Below are positions 45,371 to 54,612 of a DNA stretch of 64,000 nt, in pieces (the first letter of the stretch is position 1; every line of letters begins with the position of its first letter). The notes beneath the pieces are model-generated. The model ran no database searches and had not been told where the DNA came from. It saw nothing but the letters and a program-made list of their open reading frames with translations. The position numbers and the translations under genes are program-made. The DNA comes from Dehalococcoidia bacterium. GTDB taxonomy: Bacteria > Chloroflexota > Dehalococcoidia > UBA2979. The stretch covers positions 640,001 through 704,000 of the forward strand of contig CAXXDN010000002.1 in the NCBI GenBank assembly GCA_963667465.2, written 5' to 3'.

Positions 45371-46140
45371 GCGCCCGGCTCCCGCGTCTCCTCGATCGTG
45401 ACCGGGTAGTAGTCACCTGCGGCGAGTTCCGCGACGAGCGCCTCGATGCTGGCGACGGGTCGGGCGAAGGCGGTCAGGCAGCGGCCGATCGCGCTCACGT
45501 AGTGCGCGTCGCTGCCGCCCACGCTGCCGAGGCCGTGTTCCTGCGCCAACTCCAGCGCGATCGTGTTCTCGGCGTCCGAGCTGCCGCCGTTGAGCGTCTC
45601 CACTGCCTCGACGCCCTCGAGGCTGTAGCCCCCCGCGACGTGTTCGGCAAGGCCGATGCTCGCCCGCCCGGCGTGCGCGCCGACGGCGAAGCCGCCCGTC
45701 TCGCGGGCGATGCGAAAGATCTCGGCGGAGGGGAGGAACACCGAGGACAGGTCGAAGCGCCGCGCGAACTCCTCGCTGATGCCGTAGACAAGCACGTGGC
45801 CGACCTCGGTCTCCAGCTCGGCCCCGCGCAGCACGACCGTCTCGTACTGCTCGGCGAGCGCCTCGTAGGACACGCTGGGGTCGAACTGGCGATGCTCGGT
45901 CAGCACGAACCCGTCGACGAGGTAGCCGCGCTTGCGGCGCGCCGCGATCCACTTGAGGTAGCCCTCGACGGTGCCGCCGGCGTCGTCCGAGGCGTCGGTC
46001 GAGTGCGAGTGCAGATCGAGGTAGAAGCGCCGCCCGGCGCTCTCGCCGTTGCTGATCGTCCGGTCCTCCCGCTGCCCGCTGCGCGAGGGCTCGCGCTCAG
46101 GGCCCGCCCCATCCTCGGACAGCCGGGCGTCAGAGGCCAA
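45367..46140 (-). CDS. PHP-domain metal-dependent phosphoesterase
   Basis: LDLHSHS..SDD, LTEH, GAE..T.VGHVLVYG, AH, VETLNG, GGSDAH. Start uncertain (TTG 46140 or ATC 46056). Confidence 0.85.
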   Translation of the reverse strand: MASDARLSEDGAGPEREPSRSGQREDRTISNGESAGRRFYLDLHSHSTDASDDAGGTVEGYLKWIAARRKRGYLVDGFVLTEHRQFDPSVSYEALAEQYETVVLRGAELETEVGHVLVYGISEEFARRFDLSSVFLPSAEIFRIARETGGFAVGAHAGRASIGLAEHVAGGYSLEGVEAVETLNGGSSDAENTIALELAQEHGLGSVGGSDAHYVSAIGRCLTAFARPVASIEALVAELAAGDYYPVTIEETREPGA

Positions 46141-47650
46141 CCAGCGCGCTCACCCGCCGCATGTCGAGGTGCTCACGCACGATGGTGGCGAGGCGGTCGA
46201 AGGCCCGCTCGCGCCGCTCGTCCTCGGACACCTCCGCTGCGGCGCCGGTCCGGCCGAGGGCGCGCAGCAGCGCGGCGCGCAGCTCGTCGTTTTGCAGCAG
46301 TCCGTGGAGGTAGGTGCCCGCGACGCAGCCGTCGGCACTGATTGCGCCGTCCGGGTGGCCGCCCAGGCGCAGCAGCGGCCGCACGGCGCCCTCGCGCGCC
46401 GCGGCGCTCTCGCCCATGTGGATCTCGTAGCCCTCGACCGGCAGGCCGGACGCCTCCACCCACGGCCCCTCGGAGGCGGCGACCTCGCCCGAGGCGCGTC
46501 GCGTGGTCTTGGCGGCGGAGAACCGCGTTTCGATGGGCAGCAGGCCGAGTCCGGGCAGTGCCGTGCCCGGTGCGGCCTCGACGCCGTCCTCGTCGATCAG
46601 GCGCTCGCCGAGCAGCTGCATGCCGCCGCAGATGCCGAGGACCGCGCCGCCGCGGGCCGCGTGCTCCTCGATCACGCGGTCGAGGCCGCGCTCTCGCAGC
46701 CAGGCGAGGTCCGCGGCCGTCGCCTTCGTGCCGGGCAGCACCGCGAGATTGGGCCGTGCGAACTCCTCGGCGCTCCGTACGTAGCGCACGCGCACCCCCG
46801 GCTCGCACGCGAGCGGATCGAAGTCGTCGAAGTTCGCGATCCGCGGCAGCTGCACGACGGCGATGTCGATCTCGTCGCCTTCGATGCTGAACGGCGTCCC
46901 ACCGGGGCGCTCGAGGGCCACCGCGTCCTCCTCGGCCACGCCGACATCGTCGATCCACGGGATCACGCCGAGCATGGGCACGCCGGTGCGCTCCTCGAGT
47001 TCCTCGATGGCCGGGCCGAGCAGCGAGGGGTCGCCGCGGAAGCGGTTGATGACGAAGCCACGCACGAGCGCGCGGTCCTCCGGCGGCAGCAGCTCGAGCG
47101 TGCCGAGCAGGTGGGCGAAGACGCCACCGCGATCGATGTCTCCGACGACGAGCGCTGGCCCCCGCGCGTGGCGGGCGACGCGCATGTTCGCGAGGTCGCC
47201 CGCGCGCAGGTTCGGTTCGGCGGGGCTGCCCGCGCCCTCGGCGATCACGAGGTCGAAGCGCTCTCGCAGCGCGTCGAGGGCGCGCGCGGCGTCCGGCCAG
47301 AGATCGCGCTTGCGGGACGGGAAGTCGGCACTGTGCAGGCGGCCCGCGGGACGCCCTCGCAGCACGAGTTGCGAGGTGCGATCGCCCTGCGGCTTGAGCA
47401 GCACGGGATTCATCTCGACGCTGGCATCGAGGCCGGCGGCTCGTGCCTGCTCGGCCTGGGCGCGGCCAATCTCGAGGCCGTCGGCGGTGACGGCCGCGTT
47501 ATTCGACATGTTCTGCGCCTTGAATGGTGCGACCCGCACGCCGTCCTGCCGAAAGATGCGGCAGAGCGCCGTCACCAACACCGACTTGCCGACCGACGAG
47601 GCCGTCCCGGCGACCAGCAGCACTGGCGCGAGCCGCGCCTCGGGTGTCAC
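46130..47650 (-). CDS. cobQ: Cobyric acid synthase CobQ/CbiP
   Basis: GTASSVGKS, PFKAQNMSNNA, MNPVLLKP, EGAGSPAE, GICGGMQ.LG, GYEIHMG, GTYLHG. Confidence 0.96.
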   Translation of the reverse strand: MTPEARLAPVLLVAGTASSVGKSVLVTALCRIFRQDGVRVAPFKAQNMSNNAAVTADGLEIGRAQAEQARAAGLDASVEMNPVLLKPQGDRTSQLVLRGRPAGRLHSADFPSRKRDLWPDAARALDALRERFDLVIAEGAGSPAEPNLRAGDLANMRVARHARGPALVVGDIDRGGVFAHLLGTLELLPPEDRALVRGFVINRFRGDPSLLGPAIEELEERTGVPMLGVIPWIDDVGVAEEDAVALERPGGTPFSIEGDEIDIAVVQLPRIANFDDFDPLACEPGVRVRYVRSAEEFARPNLAVLPGTKATAADLAWLRERGLDRVIEEHAARGGAVLGICGGMQLLGERLIDEDGVEAAPGTALPGLGLLPIETRFSAAKTTRRASGEVAASEGPWVEASGLPVEGYEIHMGESAAAREGAVRPLLRLGGHPDGAISADGCVAGTYLHGLLQNDELRAALLRALGRTGAAAEVSEDERRERAFDRLATIVREHLDMRRVSALVGL

Positions 47651-48684
47651 GTCCGCTGCTCCAGCTCGGCCTCGAGCGCTGCGAGGAGTCGTGGAAGGTC
47701 GCGCGAGGCCGGTGTCGCGATGCGCACCCACGCGGGCAGGCCGAACGAGGCGCACTCGCGGACGGCGAAGCCGCGCCGCAGCAGGCGGGTACGCAGCCCG
47801 GCAGCGTCGCCCACGCAGGCGAGCACGAAGTTCGCGCGCGAGGGCGCGGTCTCGACGCTGTGCGCCGCGAAGAAGCCGCGCAGCGCCTCGCGCGTCCCGG
47901 TGAACTCGCCTGCGATCGCCCGCCGCGAGGCGTCGAGCGGCAGAGCGGCGTGCGCCGCGGCGAGCGCGGGGGCGCCGGCCACCCAGGGCTGCTGGAGCGC
48001 TGCGAGACGGTCGATCAGTCCGGCTGGGCCAGTGACATAACCGACACGCAGGCCGGGTATCGAGTGCAGCTTGGTGAACGAGTGCACGACGAGTACGGGG
48101 AATCCCTGGCGCACAAGCTCGTTGGCGTCCCAGCCGTCCTCGACGAACGGCTCGTAGACCGCGTCGAGCAGCAGGACGCCGCCGGTCTCCGCGGCGATCC
48201 GCCTCACCACGCCGGCCTCGAGGTAGGCGCCGTGAGGGTTGCCGGGATTACCGACCATCGTGAGCGGGGAAGGTGGCGGATCGGAGGGCGGGACGAACTC
48301 GGGCGGGGCGGCGGCGTGGCGCACGACGCGCGCTCCGGCGACTCGCGCGGCTGCCTCGTACTCGCTGAACGCGGGCGTGAAGACCGTGCAGGCGTCGCCC
48401 GGGCGCAGCAACGCGCGGGCGGCGAGGTAGATCGCGCCCGTCGCCCCCGCTGTGACCAGCACCTGCTCCGGCTCGAGGCTGATCGAGTCAGCGATGGCAT
48501 CGCAGAGCGAGGCGGCGTCGGGCTCGGGGTAGCGGTCGAGCGCGGCGCCGCGCACCGCCTCGACGACGAGCGGGTGGGGTCCGTCCGAGTGGAGGTTTGC
48601 GGAAAGGTCGATCAGGGCCTCGGTGCCTGTGCCCGCTGCCGCGAGGTCGGCGTCGCTCAACCCTCCGTGGACGATTCCGCTCAC
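47647..48684 (-). CDS. cobD: L-threonine-O-3-phosphate decarboxylase-like PLP enzyme (Salmonella-type CobD)
   Basis: VHGG, DLSAN, YPEPD, GNPGNPHG, LDAVY, SFTK.HSIPGLRVGY, RANF. Lies inside the cob operon. Confidence 0.8.
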   Translation of the reverse strand: MSGIVHGGLSDADLAAAGTGTEALIDLSANLHSDGPHPLVVEAVRGAALDRYPEPDAASLCDAIADSISLEPEQVLVTAGATGAIYLAARALLRPGDACTVFTPAFSEYEAAARVAGARVVRHAAAPPEFVPPSDPPPSPLTMVGNPGNPHGAYLEAGVVRRIAAETGGVLLLDAVYEPFVEDGWDANELVRQGFPVLVVHSFTKLHSIPGLRVGYVTGPAGLIDRLAALQQPWVAGAPALAAAHAALPLDASRRAIAGEFTGTREALRGFFAAHSVETAPSRANFVLACVGDAAGLRTRLLRRGFAVRECASFGLPAWVRIATPASRDLPRLLAALEAELEQRT

Positions 48685-49610
48685 CGGTCCGCTCCCGCCG
48701 TCGCGAGCGCGACGATCAGCGCCCCCGCTGCCAGCAGCGCCGCATCCGAGGCGAGCCGCCGCGCGCGGCGCACATCCTCGCACGATGGCGTGTGCAGGTC
48801 CTCGCCGAGGAGGTAGCCGCCGCGCTTGCCCAGCCGCACGCCGAGCGCGCCGGCCATCGCCGCCATCGGGTGGCCGGCGTTCGGACTCTCCGTACGGCCG
48901 GCGTCGAGGCGCCACTGGCGCAGGGCGCTTGCGCCTGCTCCGTGCCGCCGGGCGGCGGCGCAGATCGCGAGCGCGGTCAACCGAGCGGGAACGAGATTGA
49001 GCAGGTCGTCCGCGCGCGCCGCCGCCTCACCGAGGTCGCGATAGCGCTCGTCGCGGTAGCCCCACAGCGCGTCGAGCGTGTTCGCCGCCCGGTAGGCCCA
49101 GGCCGCGGGCAGCCCGCCGAGGGCGTACCACAGCCACGGGGCGATGACGCTGTCGCTGAGGTTTTCGGCCAGTGACTCGATTGCCGCGGCGGCGAGCTCC
49201 CCCGGGCCGAGGCTGCTCACATCGCGGCTCACGAGGTGCCTCGCAAGCAGCGTCCGCGCCTCCTCGACATCGCCGACGCGAAGCGCATCCTCGACCTCGC
49301 GCACGCGCTCGAGGAGCGTGCGCAGCGCGAAGCCGAGCGAGAGCAGGCCCGCGTCCGCGGCAGCGCGCGCGGGGCCACGGCGCAGGCCGAGCAGGCGGGG
49401 AAGAAGCGAGGCGCCGAGGCCGGCCGTCAGTGGTAGCGCCAGCGCAGCGCTGAGCCCGTAGGCGCGGCGCGCGTCCACGCTGCGTGGTGCGAGCGCCTCG
49501 AGGCCTCGCGCGAGCGCGCCCAGCGCGCCGACGGGATGCAGGCGTGTCGGCGGATCGCCCGTCGCGCGGTCGATCGCGATCGCCAGTGCGAGAGTGAGCG
49601 CCCGGTTCAT
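48681..49610 (-). CDS. cbiB: Adenosylcobinamide-phosphate synthase CbiB
   Basis: GDPP...HPV, LVSRD, ESLAENLSDSVIAP, YRAANTLDA..GY, DDLLNLVPARL, SPNAG. Confidence 0.95.
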   Translation of the reverse strand: MNRALTLALAIAIDRATGDPPTRLHPVGALGALARGLEALAPRSVDARRAYGLSAALALPLTAGLGASLLPRLLGLRRGPARAAADAGLLSLGFALRTLLERVREVEDALRVGDVEEARTLLARHLVSRDVSSLGPGELAAAAIESLAENLSDSVIAPWLWYALGGLPAAWAYRAANTLDALWGYRDERYRDLGEAAARADDLLNLVPARLTALAICAAARRHGAGASALRQWRLDAGRTESPNAGHPMAAMAGALGVRLGKRGGYLLGEDLHTPSCEDVRRARRLASDAALLAAGALIVALATAGADR

Positions 49611-49624
49611 CGCCGCGCTCAGCG

Positions 49625-50191
49625 TCAGAAATCGAGGCCGGGCTGGGCCTTGATGCCCTGCTGGAAGGGGTGTTTCACCTCGGTCATCTCCGTCACGAGG
49701 TCGGCGAACTCGACCAGCTCGGGCGCGGCGTCGCGGCCCGTGAGGATCACGTGCATGTCGGCGGGTCGGTCGCGGAGGGCCGTGATCACGTCCTGCACGT
49801 CCAGCCAGCCGTAGCTGATCGGGTAGGTGATCTCGTCGAGGACCACGAGGTCGTACTCGGCCGACTCGATCTTCTCGCGCGCCAGCGCCCAGCACTCGCG
49901 GGCGAGCGCGATGTCCTTCTCGATGTCCTTCGAAAGCCAGGTGAAGCCATCGCCGAGCGGGATCATCTCGATGCCCATGCGCCGTGCCGCGCGTGTCTCG
50001 CCGTAGTTGGCGGTCTTCGACTTGATGAACTGCAACCAGCAGATCCGCCAGCCGCGGCCCCAGGCGCGCAGCGTCACGCCGAGGGCGGAGCTGGTCTTGC
50101 CCTTGCCGTGTCCCGTGTGGAGCAGCACGAGCGGCTTGCGTTTCGGGAACAGGCCCTCGTGGCGGCCTCGTGGCTGTTCGATGTCCGGCAT
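49625..50191 (-). CDS. cobO: Cob(I)yrinic acid a,c-diamide adenosyltransferase (CobO/BtuR)
   Basis: TGHGKGKTSSALG, QFIKS, GDGFTW, LVVLDE, ILTGR, ADLVTEM..VKHPF..G..AQ.G.DF. Confidence 0.96.
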   Translation of the reverse strand: MPDIEQPRGRHEGLFPKRKPLVLLHTGHGKGKTSSALGVTLRAWGRGWRICWLQFIKSKTANYGETRAARRMGIEMIPLGDGFTWLSKDIEKDIALARECWALAREKIESAEYDLVVLDEITYPISYGWLDVQDVITALRDRPADMHVILTGRDAAPELVEFADLVTEMTEVKHPFQQGIKAQPGLDF

Positions 50192-50192
50192 C

Positions 50193-51026
50193 TCAGCCTC
50201 CCAGCCGCGAGGGCAGCACCAACGGCACGCCCGTCTGCGGGTGCGCCATCACGGTGACCGAGTTCCCGTAGAGGCGGCCGACGAGCTCCGGGGTGATCAC
50301 GTCGGCGGGCGCGCCGGCGGCGGCGACGCGTCCCCGGTCGAGTAACGCGAGCCGGTCGCAGTAGGCGATCGCCAGCGTGAGGTCGTGGACGACCAGCAGC
50401 ACGCCGGTCCCACTCCTCGCGAGGTCGGCGACCAGTTCCAGCACCTCGTGCTGCGCGCCCGCGTCGAGGTTCGCCGTCGGCTCGTCGAGCAACAGCAGCG
50501 GGGCCTGCTGGGCGAGCGCGCGGGCGATGAAGGCGCGGCGGCGCTCGCCGCCGGAGAGCGTGCCGAGCTCGCGCCCGGCGAGCTCGCCGCAGCCCGCCTG
50601 GCGCAGCGCACTCTCGGCGATCGCAAGGTCTCGCGAGGACTCGCGCGCCAGCAGCCGCAGATGTGGATGGCGGCCGAGCAGCGCGAGCTGCCGCACGCGC
50701 AGGGTCGCGGGGGCCTCGGGCAGTTGCTGCACCACGGCGACGCGCCTGGCCAGTTCGCGGCGCGCGAGCCCATCGAGGCCGTCACCGCCGACGCGAATCT
50801 CGCCACCTCGCAACGGGACGAGGCCGGTGGCGGCGCGCAGCAGCGTGCTCTTGCCCGCGCCGTTCGGTCCGACGAGCCCGACGATCTCGCCGGCGCGCAC
50901 CTCGATCCCGACGCCATCGAGGATCGTGTTGCCGCCGAGTTCGACCTCGACGGCGTGGGCCTCGAGGAGCGGGGAGGCCGCCGGGGCGGCGCGGGTGGAC
51001 GCTGCGGCGGGAGCTGTGGCGGCCAT
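50193..51026 (-). CDS. btuD: Corrinoid ABC transporter ATP-binding protein
   Basis: GPNGAGKST, LSGGE, LLLDEPT.NLD, VHDL. Under the B12 riboswitch. Confidence 0.88.
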   Translation of the reverse strand: MAATAPAAASTRAAPAASPLLEAHAVEVELGGNTILDGVGIEVRAGEIVGLVGPNGAGKSTLLRAATGLVPLRGGEIRVGGDGLDGLARRELARRVAVVQQLPEAPATLRVRQLALLGRHPHLRLLARESSRDLAIAESALRQAGCGELAGRELGTLSGGERRRAFIARALAQQAPLLLLDEPTANLDAGAQHEVLELVADLARSGTGVLLVVHDLTLAIAYCDRLALLDRGRVAAAGAPADVITPELVGRLYGNSVTVMAHPQTGVPLVLPSRLGG

Positions 51027-52138
51027 CAGTTCACCTCGACGCGGCGGGTGCGCAGCAGCCAGAGGAAGAAGGGGCCGCCGATCAGCGCCGTCATCACGCC
51101 GACGGGCAGCTCCTGCGGTGCGAGCACGGTGCGGGCGAAGGTGTCGACCGCGATCAGGAACGAGGCGCCGAACAGCGCGCACAGCGGCAGCAGCCGCCGG
51201 TGATCGCCCCCGAAGACGAGCCGCACGGCGTGCGGGACGAGCAGCCCGACGAAGCCGATCACGCCGGCGATCGCCACCGCAGTCGCGGCCAGCAGCGAGG
51301 CCGCCCCCAGCACGATCAGCTTCGTGCGCGTCACGTCCACGCCGAGATGCGCGGCCTGCTCCTCGTCGAGTTGCAGCACGTTCAGTGTGCGGGCGTAGAC
51401 GGCGACGAAGACCGCGCCGACGGCCAGGTAGGGCGCCGCCCAGGCGATGCGCTCCCAGCTCGCCGTGTTGAAGCCGCCGAAGAGGAACGAGAAGATCGGC
51501 CGCGCCTCCTCGCCGCCCGTCAGCAGGATGAACGCCGTCGCCGCGCCGAAGACGGCGGAGAGCGCCACCCCTGCGAGGATCAGCGTGACGTTGTCGAGTC
51601 TCCCGCTGCCGGTCGCGAGCAGGTAGACGAGCAGCACCGTGACCAGCGCGCCCGCGAAGGCGAAGACCGGCACCCAGCCGAAGCCGTAGGCGTCGACCCG
51701 CAGCGGCGAGATGATCGCGATCGCCGCGCCCAGCGCCGCCCCCGAGGCGACCCCCAGGAGGAACGGTCCCGCCAGCGGGTTACGGAACACACCCTGGTAC
51801 GAGGCGCCTGAGTAGGCGAGCGCCGAGCCGACGAGGCCCGCCGCGATCACCCTCGGGAGCCGGATGTCCACGATGATTCGCTCCCACGTTGCCGGCGCGT
51901 GCGCGTCGACCTCGATCAGCGGGAGGGCGTCGAGCAGCACCCGCAGCACGGTCTGCGGCGGGATCGCCGCCGCGCCTTGCGTCAGCGCCAGCAGCGCGAC
52001 CGCCACCAGCAGCGCCAGTGCCGCCGAGGCCGGCCCGCACCCGCGGAGGAGCTCGACGCCCCGCGCGAGCGGCGCCGGTCCCGCAATCGGGTTCAGGGCG
52101 CCCTCGGCGGCGCGCGCGCCGACCCGCTCGCGGCTCAC
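51026..52138 (-). CDS. btuC: Corrinoid ABC transporter permease (FecCD/BtuC)
   Basis: IRLPR, QGVFRNPLA.P..LGV..GA, GVIGFVGL.VPH, ELPVG..TA..G.PFF. Confidence 0.9.
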   Translation of the reverse strand: MSRERVGARAAEGALNPIAGPAPLARGVELLRGCGPASAALALLVAVALLALTQGAAAIPPQTVLRVLLDALPLIEVDAHAPATWERIIVDIRLPRVIAAGLVGSALAYSGASYQGVFRNPLAGPFLLGVASGAALGAAIAIISPLRVDAYGFGWVPVFAFAGALVTVLLVYLLATGSGRLDNVTLILAGVALSAVFGAATAFILLTGGEEARPIFSFLFGGFNTASWERIAWAAPYLAVGAVFVAVYARTLNVLQLDEEQAAHLGVDVTRTKLIVLGAASLLAATAVAIAGVIGFVGLLVPHAVRLVFGGDHRRLLPLCALFGASFLIAVDTFARTVLAPQELPVGVMTALIGGPFFLWLLRTRRVEVN

Positions 52139-53244
52139 TCGAAGCGATCCGGGTAGAGCAGCCGCGCGATCTGCTCGAGGCCGTCGACGATGCGCGGACC
52201 GGGCCGGCTGGTCAGGTCGCCGTCGACGCCGTGGACGCGTTCGTCAACGCAGGCAGGGATCGCATCCCAGCCGGGGCGCGCGCAGACGGTCTCGAGGCTC
52301 TCGCCCCACTCTGCATCGGCGAGCAGGATCACTAGCGGTGCGGCGTCGATGATCGCCTCCGCGGACAGCTGCGGGTAAGCGGAAGCAGCCCCCGCTGCGA
52401 TGTTCCGCGCCTTCGCGAGCGTCAGCAGCTCACCGACGAAGGTGTCCGTGCCCACGGTGTAGAGGTCCGCCGTCAGCTCGAAGAAGACGAGCGGCCCCTC
52501 CTGGACGTCCTCGAGGGTTGCCGTCAGCGCAGCGATCCGCTCGCGCATCGAGGCGGCCAGCGCGGCGGCCTGCCGCTCGTTGCCGGTGACCTCCCCGAGC
52601 AGCGCGATCGTCCCGAACACGCCCTCGATGTCCTGTGCCGAGTCGAGGAACAGCACGGTCATGCCGAGGCTGCGGAACTGCTCGACCTGCTCTCGCTGCC
52701 GGGTCGCCATCAGTAGCAGATCCGGCTCCAGCGAGAGCGCGCGCTCCGGATCGGGGCTGGAGTAGGCGACCCGGGGCAGCGCCTCCGTCTCGGGTGGGAA
52801 GTCGGAGAATTCGTCGGTCGCGATCACGCGATCGCCGGCCCCGATAGCGAAGAGGATCTCGGTGGCGCCGGGCGAGTAGGAGATGATCCGCTCCGGCGCG
52901 GCGTCGAGCGTGACCGCGGTCCCGGCGGAGTCCTCGACGGTCCGAGGGTAAGCCGCGGCGGTCGGCGTCGGGGTTGGCGTCGCGGTCGGAGTTGGCGTGG
53001 GTGTCGCTACCGGCGTGGGAGCCGGTGTCGGCGGAGCGGGCGTCGGCGTCGCCAGAGCCGTTGGGGCTACGGTGGCGGCTGCGGGCGCCGTTGTCGCCTC
53101 CGGCGTCGCGGTCGTTGCCGGCTCATCGTCGCCATCGCAGGCCGCTACGAGTAGCGCGAGCAGGGCGAGGCCGGCCAGCAGCGCCGGCAGCAGCCGGCGG
53201 CGCCGCGGACGGCAGGGGGTGGTACGAACCAATCGATCCAGCAT
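52135..53244 (-). CDS. btuF: Corrinoid ABC transporter substrate-binding lipoprotein with Thr/Pro linker
   Basis: Lipobox LVAAC, long TP linker, PERIISYSP..TEILFAIG, D.SRPGPR. First gene after the riboswitch. Confidence 0.88.
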   Translation of the reverse strand: MLDRLVRTTPCRPRRRRLLPALLAGLALLALLVAACDGDDEPATTATPEATTAPAAATVAPTALATPTPAPPTPAPTPVATPTPTPTATPTPTPTAAAYPRTVEDSAGTAVTLDAAPERIISYSPGATEILFAIGAGDRVIATDEFSDFPPETEALPRVAYSSPDPERALSLEPDLLLMATRQREQVEQFRSLGMTVLFLDSAQDIEGVFGTIALLGEVTGNERQAAALAASMRERIAALTATLEDVQEGPLVFFELTADLYTVGTDTFVGELLTLAKARNIAAGAASAYPQLSAEAIIDAAPLVILLADAEWGESLETVCARPGWDAIPACVDERVHGVDGDLTSRPGPRIVDGLEQIARLLYPDRFE

Positions 53245-53289
53245 GAGCGTACGCCTCCCGGCACTTGAGGGGCGTGCGCCGAGCGACGC

Positions 53290-53314
53290 AAGAAACCCCC
53301 TCCGTGCGAGGGGG
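53290..53314 (-). terminator. Intrinsic terminator in the riboswitch expression platform
   Basis: Minus strand CCCCCTC-GCACG-GAGGGGG-TTTCTT, about 45 nt upstream of the btuF ATG. Confidence 0.7.
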
Positions 53315-53404
53315 CAGGCAATGTGACGATGCTACAGCGGGAGGCGCCCGTCGGCGGGCGGTGCGTGCAGCATGCCGACGCCTGTCCTCGCAGGGTCTCG
53401 ACAT

Positions 53405-53515
<111 letters not shown>

Positions 53516-53637
53516 ACGCACGCTAGCACAGCGCCGCTGTGTTGGCGATCCGCCGCTGGCTTGTCAATCAATCAGCAAGAAACTGTAGACTGGCGACTCG
53601 GTATCAGTGGCAATCAGCCGAGCTGAGGAGGTTCGAG

Positions 53638-54036
53638 ATGGTGAAGCGCCTGGCAGGGTTGTACCTCGCAATCATCGGGGCTGCGGTGGCGGTGCACTTC
53701 GTGCTCGACCCGCTGATCTACGAGTGGGACGAGGGCACGCCGATCGTCTGGATCGTGCTCGACTGGCTGATGGCGTTCGGCCTCGCGATCGCGCTGTGGG
53801 TGACGTTCAAGGCGAAACGCGCCGCCGATGCGGGTTCGGACTTGCGTGAGTACCTCGTAGCGAACGTGCAGCTCTACGTCGCGGCGGCGCTGGCGCTGCT
53901 TCTCGCCTGGAACGGCGTGCAGATCGGCTGGGCTGCCGGCGATCAGACGCCGGACTCGCAGGTCTGGGTGCTCATCGACGTCGTCCTGCCACTGCTCTTC
54001 GTCACGCTCGGCCTGCCACTCTGGAACGACGAGTAG
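53638..54036 (+). CDS. Hypothetical 4-TM membrane protein, copy A
   Basis: SD GAGGAGG; four hydrophobic helices; paralog immediately downstream. Confidence 0.8.
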   Translation: MVKRLAGLYLAIIGAAVAVHFVLDPLIYEWDEGTPIVWIVLDWLMAFGLAIALWVTFKAKRAADAGSDLREYLVANVQLYVAAALALLLAWNGVQIGWAAGDQTPDSQVWVLIDVVLPLLFVTLGLPLWNDE

Positions 54037-54102
54037 GCGGTTCGGCCAGGCCGCCCGGAGCCGCGGGCTTACGAGGCAAGCAGGAACGTAGGGTAGTACG
54101 AG

Positions 54103-54522
54103 ATGGAACTTGCGAAGCGTCTGGCGGGGGCCTACCTCGCGATCTTGGGAGCGGCCGTGGCCGTCCTCATGGTGATTGACCCGCTGATCTTCGAGCACGC
54201 GCCGGGGGACGACAATATCCCCGCCTGGACCGTGCTCAACTGGCTGATGGCGGTCGGTCTCCCGATCGCGCTGCTCGTCACCTTCGGGGCGAAGCGCGCT
54301 GCCGACGCCGGTTCGGACCTGCGCGAGTACCTCACGGCGAACCTGAAGTTCTATGCCGCGGCGGCGGTGGCGCTGCTCTTCTACTGGAACGCCGTGCAGA
54401 TCGAATGGGCCGCCGGCGACCAGTCACCCGACGGACAGGTCTGGACATTTGTCGGCGTCGTGCTGTCGCTGCTCTTCGTCACGCTGGGTGTGCGCCTCTG
54501 GAGTGGCGCCGGGACGGCCTGA
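54103..54522 (+). CDS. Hypothetical 4-TM membrane protein, copy B
   Basis: Shares KRLAG.YLAI, DPLI, WLMA.GL, AKRAADAGSDLREYL.AN and WAAGDQ.PD.QVW with copy A. Confidence 0.8.
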   Translation: MELAKRLAGAYLAILGAAVAVLMVIDPLIFEHAPGDDNIPAWTVLNWLMAVGLPIALLVTFGAKRAADAGSDLREYLTANLKFYAAAAVALLFYWNAVQIEWAAGDQSPDGQVWTFVGVVLSLLFVTLGVRLWSGAGTA

Positions 54523-54612
54523 TCGCGGCGTCCGGAGGGCGCGCCGCGCGAAACGGCAAGAGAGGCGCCGCCAGGGCGCCCCTCTGCAATGGCAGCCCGA
54601 GGGGATGACTGC

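Noticed and set aside
52960-53120. Repeat element in btuF
   Set aside because: Low-complexity Thr/Pro/Ala linker typical of tethered lipoproteins.
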